A stretch of DNA of 51,155 nucleotides, the filler included, from Sphacelaria rigidula (taxonomy: Eukaryota), in NCBI GenBank assembly GCA_964200075.2. It is 2 parts of 2 records of this genome, joined end to end, with 100 filler letters (N's around TTAATTAATTAA, not from the genome) between each part and the next. Parts side by side here need not be neighbours in the genome. Positions count along the whole stretch, not along the records: positions 25,641 to 51,155 come from CAXNAA020000164.1; 1 more part is not named here. One strand, given 5' to 3'. A model generated the notes under the pieces. It made no database searches, had not been told where the DNA came from, and was given only the letters and a program-made list of their open reading frames with translations. Position numbers and translations under genes: made by a program. Positions 47,410 through 51,155 of the stretch are shown in pieces (position 1 is the first letter of the stretch; each line of letters begins with the position of its first letter).

Positions 47410-47790
47410 TCAAAGGTACACTACCTTCCATTCGTATGGCGTGAATCATAGGTACATGTTTCCCAATTTCCACTCATCCAGCATGAATCATGGGCACACG
47501 TACCCCACTTTTCCATTCATACGAGGTGAATCAAGCGCACATACTTCCCAATTTCCGTCCATGCAGCATGAATAATACGTACATGTTCCCTACCTTCCCT
47601 TTCATACGAGACAAATTAAGCGTACACGCTTCCCAACTTCCGTTCATGCGGCATGAATAATACATACGTGTTCCCTGCCTTACATTCATACAAGATACAT
47701 CAAGTGCGTGTGTTTCTCAGTTTTCATTTATGCAGCGCGAATCATTCGTACATCTATGTCCTTCACCTTCTGTTCGTATGATATAAATCT
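47410..47790. repeat. Degenerate ~42-bp minisatellite with A/B alternation; continues at ~48255-48490 and ~48630-48760
   Basis: Units like gtacatgtttcccaatttccactcatccagcatgaatcatgg alternate with gcacacgtaccccacttttccattcatacgaggtgaatcaag. Confidence 0.85.
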
Positions 47791-48501
47791 TCTGAACATA
47801 TTGTTTCCCGCTTGCCATTTCTTCGGTCGCGACACTCCGGTGGCGCGGCCCGTTTGCAGGTGGGGTAGGCGAATATAAGCGTACAGGTCGCGAACCCCTC
47901 AAGAGCCAAATCCGCAACAAACCTAATTTCAAGTCTTGTACTCACACTGAGCATATCAACTATGAGAGTACAACACACGCGTCTGCGTGCCCAGAGCGGT
48001 TTTTCTACGGTAGCCAGTTTCCCCCCGCCAGGGCTATGCTTATGAAAGCCTCAGCACTTTCATGTTGTGCTCTGTGATATAGTTGACCTGAACATACTGT
48101 ATACAATACCACGGACACTAGCGAAGAACACAGCATCAGCACGAGTTGTCCTCGCATGCTCGCGGGAGTTTCGGGAAAATTCCGACAGCGTAATCTGCAG
48201 TTCGCGGACAGCACGGTACAGCATAGCACAACACACATCTGCGCGCCTAGAGTGATTGTTCCAGCTGTTCATTTTCCAATTATTCATACGGCATGAAACA
48301 CGTGAGTCATGTACGTGTTGTTCACCTTGTGTCCCTGAGCATGAATCATTGCTACATGGTTCCCACATTCCATTCCTACGAGGTGAATCAAGCTCACATG
48401 TCTCCCTATCTATGTCCATGTAGCATGAATCGTATGAATACGTTCCCCACCTTCGAGTTTTACGAGACGAATCAAGTGTACGAGTTTTCCGCCCAAGATT
48501 C

Positions 48502-48990
48502 CACGGTTAGGACGAATCAAATCGTGATTCAACTCATGTTCATCATTTCGACAAATGAATCATACGACTCGTACATCATTTGTAATTTATACAGATTTCG
48601 ACTCTTGAGTCGTGCAGTATACCGTCAACGGTACATGTTTCCTACCTTTCGACATACGCGGTAAATCATGGGCATATATTCATCCCCTGTAAAAATGCGG
48701 AAGGAATCAGTTGTACATGTCACCCACACTCACCATGAGGCCTGAATGGCATGTATATCTGTGCCATGCGTATGACTCGTGCGGGACGAAGAGTGGGCAC
48801 ATCGTTGAATCTTCTCATCTCATGGGCCTTGCATCAGGCGTGCTTTTATCCCCATTTGTATGCGGTTGAGGTGATCGCACTTCATATGTTTTCACCGTCG
48901 GGTGCATGCGGGACCAACAGTTTACACAGGTTGAATCCTGTCATTTCATCAGGAGTCAACTCGTATAAGTCGTGATTTGTCCTAACCATG
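48502..48990. mobile_element. hAT-type element of the same family nested in 47244-49210
   Basis: TIR cacggttaggacgaatca / tgatttgtcctaaccatg; 8-bp TSD caagattc / caagattt; the left ~160 bp resembles 47244-47450. Confidence 0.85.
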
Positions 48991-50170
48991 CAAGATTTAC
49001 ACAGGTGTTGTGATTGTTAAATATTTTGCAATATTGACTCGTCTGATGCTACTTGGAGTGTACACATTCCCAGCTCGCCATTCGTGCAGTATGATCTTGA
49101 ACATACCACTTTACTATCCGTGACTCATACCGGAGGACTCTTTGGTACATGATTCGCATTCAACATTCACGGGGAGTCAACCGGTATGAACTCCGGTCGT
49201 CCGAACCGTATCATTGTGCCCAGTTTGCGGCCAGACCGTATTTTCCCGTCTCCCTGGTTGTACGTGAAATATTTGAGTATCAAAATTGTACGTACATAGA
49301 CACCTTTTTGCATAACTGGTTACTGTTATGGGGGAGAATGAGGGTCGATTTTGGGTACTATATTTCGGGGAAGTTTGCATCGACACCTGTTAACAGAAGG
49401 AATGAAACCTGGACGAGCCAGTCAGTACCACGCACAAGTACCCACGTCACCTCAGAATGACTACCTCGCCCATATAAAATGTACTTTTGAAATAGTACTC
49501 TTCCATAAAAATAAGCCTGTGACCGACCGTGCTACACATCTGTACACTCGGGCACAACACAGGAGGATAGAAGCTGCTGCTCCCGTAGTTGTTGTGCCTT
49601 CTTCTTGTGTCAGTCTACTGTTGCTGTTTGTTGCTGAAGCACTAGAGAAGCACACGCCGAGCTAGCTACTAGCTACGTAGCTACCACTCCACGTCTACCA
49701 CCCTTTTGAACATCACGAGACAAAAATAGGAGCAGTGGTAGTGGCAGCCACACACCACAGCAGCAGCAGGAAGCGTTTCCGTGGCATACTGCTAGTACCA
49801 AGATGCAGCTGTTTCCCAAACCAAATGTGTCAATATTTCACTCCAGATCTCTCGGCGACCGAACGTAGGACTGGGCTGCCGTTTCTTGCGTACGCTTGTC
49901 ATACACCCAAACGAGGAAACCATAACATTAACTTTCCTTGACGCGTTCCGCAAACGCTGTATCAAACCAAACTGTACTCAAAAAGCTTCTTTTTTTTTTC
50001 GCTGTTTTTGGAGCTTTTTGGACCCGCTGTGGCGATTTGAGCAATTTCAACGCATTACTTCTCCAGCGTTTGTGTGTGTGCGGGGGGCTGTGCAGTACTA
50101 CAAGCCGACTTGCTTCCTGTGTAGAAAACAACGCGATGATATTGCTGCGCTTTCGTGGTCTTTTGTATAC

Positions 50171-50531
50171 TGTGTGTGTTGTCATCGCATCCATTCTGGA
50201 CGCCAGTCTACATCTTTCGGTACATGTGGGCGCATCAGCCGGGGTCACACAGGGGGAAATCCAACACAGATTTTTTTTTCCTTATTTTGTTTGAGTTCTA
50301 CGCCTTCCTTCTGCGGTGCTTGCCTTATTTTTTCATCGCGAGAGGTGTTCAGCGGTCCCTTTCCCTCGTCGACCGTGAGGTCGAACTTTGTGTACCCACG
50401 ACATAGTCGCTCTCCACTGTAGGCCATGGTGTGAGAAAAAAGTCCCAGATCGTGTGACTGCACCGAGATTCGAACCCACGACCCAACCATCAGAAGGTTT
50501 CGAGGTTACCACCGGAGTCACCGGGGCGACC
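50171..50531 (-). mobile_element. tRNA-derived SINE, family 2, uninterrupted copy
   Basis: Minus strand: ggtcgccccggtgactccggtggtaacc (degenerate A-box), GGGTTCGAATC B-box, body shared with 34421-35330, (CA)n tail. Confidence 0.9.
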
Positions 50532-51155
50532 GAGAGTTATCATGACCAATTCAAGTAGGGTCGGAAGTGTGTGTCCTGCTCGAAACAGCTGATGACGTCT
50601 TCATTATTCCTCCGCGTTTTTTTTCTCTTTCTGCATGCCTTTTTTTCGGTCGTTATGGCCCTCATTCTCCCCCCTAACTGTTGTGTCTTCATTCCCATTC
50701 AACCCTTCGTGGTTGCCAAGGTTGCTGGAACGAATAAATATGGCACAGAACACAAGTTACTCTACCCTCTACCGCAAGCATGGTACAGAGAGTACAGTCA
50801 CGGAAAACAGAACGTGGCCACCGTAGAACCTCGTGTGCAAAGACAGAGCCTCAAAATCACAAGAGTAAAATGCTCCGTTCATGGTATGCTGACCTCGTTC
50901 CGGGACTGTGCGCATGTTGCCAAGATGTTTGTTCTGCTGCATCAAAGTCCCGTGGTTCATCAGTCCTTCTAGGGCAGATGGCGCAGTATGTATACCAGCT
51001 AGTGTTTGTCGAATATATAATGATGTGCAATTTTGAGCCGAATGAGTGCCCCCTCCCCACCCTACCCGAGTGCTCCGTCTCGAAAGGGATGCGTGGTCAA
51101 TGGTCAAATGACTAAGGCAAGCAACAAATGAGTACGCCTGCCACACGCGCGCTCG

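Larger units (their letters stand above)
47244..49210. mobile_element. hAT-type non-autonomous element (~2 kb)
   Basis: TIR cacggttcaggcga / tcgtccgaaccgta; 8-bp TSD tgattgtg (47236-47243) / tcattgtg (49211-49218). Confidence 0.78.

Noticed and set aside
47410..48760. 42-bp array as CRISPR or as a real repeat-protein gene
   Set aside because: No unique spacers; frequent frameshifts and stops; it lies inside a TIR/TSD-bounded element.

Overview
Eukaryotic, gene-poor, transposon-saturated DNA with no intact protein-coding gene that I can support. The repeat types and composition suggest a brown alga such as an Ectocarpus relative (inference only). A 100-bp artificial linker (N44-TTAATTAATTAA-N44, 25541-25640) splits the window, so the two halves may not be contiguous. 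LINEs: one decayed RTEX-like element (-, ~11.6-15.5 kb), one near-full-length RTE element (+, ~20.4-25.4 kb) and two RTE fragments (-). SINEs: two tRNA-derived families, one of which shares its 3' end with the RTE LINEs. Non-autonomous DNA transposons with readable TIRs/TSDs: piggyBac-type (TTAA), PIF/Harbinger (TAA/TCA), Tc1/mariner (TA) and hAT (8 bp), often nested. Also present: a probable LTR-retrotransposon remnant, a triplicated protein-kinase N-lobe relic, microsatellites and several long fold-back hairpins. The least explained structure is an unclassified ~6.5-kb minus-strand element (181-6750) with zinc-finger-like ORF relics, a ~360-nt terminal hairpin and a simple-repeat tail; its end recurs at 39652-40530. 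All alignments and coordinates were read by eye and TE boundaries without TSDs are approximate.
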